From positions 3,232 through 67,231 of the forward strand of contig DASUHF010000035.1 in assembly GCA_036273655.1 (NCBI GenBank): a stretch of 64,000 nt of DNA, written 5' to 3'. The notes below the pieces were generated by a model. The model was given only the letters and a program-made list of their open reading frames with translations, did no database searches and was not told the DNA's origin. The position numbers and the translations under genes were made by a program. This DNA is from Solirubrobacteraceae bacterium (GTDB lineage: Bacteria; Actinomycetota; Thermoleophilia; Solirubrobacterales; Solirubrobacteraceae). Below are positions 63,061 to 64,000 of this stretch, piece by piece; the first letter of the stretch is position 1; the number at the start of each line of letters is the position of its first letter.

Positions 63061-63182
63061 CAATTGTATCGTCATGTAAACACGTTGGGCGGCGAGACGT
63101 GCGTCCGGCCCGGTGCGGCGAAGGCCGTGGGGTCTCCGCAGCGGACGCGGTCGCGCCGCGGGGGCAGCGCCTCGTTCGTCCC

Positions 63183-64000
63183 TCAGCGCGCGGGCGCGCT
63201 TCCGCGTCCGCGGCGGACGGCTCCACGCCGCGGTTTGGTCGCCATGAGGGTGTAGGAGGCGGCGAGGCGCTCGGGGCGGTCGCGGAGACGCCACTCGCCG
63301 GTGTGGTCGCGCTCCATGTGGCCGGGCAGGGCCTCCCAGGGGACGGAGTCGTGCTCGGTGAGGCCGGTGAGCGTCAGGCCCTCGTCGAGCAACGCGGTGA
63401 CGATCTCGCCGAGGCCGTGGTTCCACTCGTACGTGAGGCCGTGCTCGATCGGCGTGTCGGTCTGGACGTAGGTCTTGGGGCTGTCGAACACGAGCGGCTC
63501 GGGGCGCTCGAAGTACGAGTAGGCGAGGCGCGGCTCGCCGTGCGGTTCGTCGTCGAGCGCCCACAGCATCGGATGGCCCTCGCGCATGAACAACCGGCCG
63601 CCGGGCTCAAGCAGCTCGGCGACGACCGCCGCCCAGCGCGTGATCGACGGCAGCCAGCAGAGCGCACCGATGCCGGTGTACACGAGCTCGAACGTCTCGC
63701 CGGCGAGCGCGTCGACGGCGCCGTACACGTCGGACTCGACGAAACGGACGTCGGTGCCGGTCGCGGCCGCCAGCGCTCGCGCCCGCTGCAGCGAGACTGA
63801 GGAGAAGTCAAGGCCGGTCATGCGCGCGCCGAGTCGCGCCAGCGACACCGTGTCGGTGCCGATGTGGCACTGCAGGTGCACCGCGCGCAGGCCGGCGATG
63901 TCGCCGAGCCGCCGCCGGTCGAACCGCACGACGCCGCTCAGGTGCGCGGGGTCCTCGACGAATCTCTGCAGCTCGTAGTCGGGCGAGGTGGCGTGTGCCG
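63183..64000 (-). CDS. class I SAM-dependent methyltransferase (5' end runs off the window)
   Basis: VHLQCHIGTDTVSLARLGARMTGLDFS, FELVYTGIGALCWL and GGRLFMREGHP. The frame stays open upstream of 63929 (..SPDYELQRFVEDPAHLSGVV) to the window edge. Confidence 0.8.
   Translation of the reverse strand, partial: AHATSPDYELQRFVEDPAHLSGVVRFDRRRLGDIAGLRAVHLQCHIGTDTVSLARLGARMTGLDFSSVSLQRARALAAATGTDVRFVESDVYGAVDALAGETFELVYTGIGALCWLPSITRWAAVVAELLEPGGRLFMREGHPMLWALDDEPHGEPRLAYSYFERPEPLVFDSPKTYVQTDTPIEHGLTYEWNHGLGEIVTALLDEGLTLTGLTEHDSVPWEALPGHMERDHTGEWRLRDRPERLAASYTLMATKPRRGAVRRGRGSAPAR

Overview
High-GC (about 70%), densely packed chromosomal segment with actinobacterial hallmarks: HemQ, mIHF, MMPL, YrbE/Mkl, DUF559 proteins, many 4-nt ATGA/GTGA start-stop overlaps and some apparently leaderless starts. 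A Thermoleophilia-like Actinomycetota origin is my inference only. I support about 60 protein-coding genes, mostly housekeeping or metabolic. They include metH, type III glutamine synthetase, rpiA, mtnA, a BolA/Grx4/ErpA Fe-S trio, hemQ, tatA, an acyl-CoA dehydrogenase and a eukaryote-type UGPase. There are also several transport operons and regulators (LuxR/LAL, AraC, LysR, PadR). By eye I found no rRNA, tRNA, CRISPR array, transposase or integrase. The one clear RNA element is a TPP (THI-box) riboswitch at about 38997-39106 (-) in front of a thiZ-thiX-thiY-type transporter. The loci most worth follow-up are listed here. (1) A co-directional GH18+2xCBM5/12, BcsA-like GT2 and D-glucuronyl-C5-epimerase-like cluster at 47.0-52.5 kb, possibly an uncharacterised exopolysaccharide system. 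(2) An eight-gene operon at 24.8-32.6 kb joining two MlaE/YrbE permeases and an Mkl ATPase to an MMPL transporter, with no MCE/MlaD gene. (3) Two lower-GC intergenic regions with structured repeats (33.0-33.5 kb and 41.8-41.9 kb). (4) A LuxR/LAL regulator with apparent compensated frameshifts. Many very long Arg/Pro/Ala-rich ORFs in the six-frame track are high-GC shadow ORFs and were not called. All family assignments come from motif recognition by eye, not database searches. Start codons are often uncertain by tens of nucleotides.
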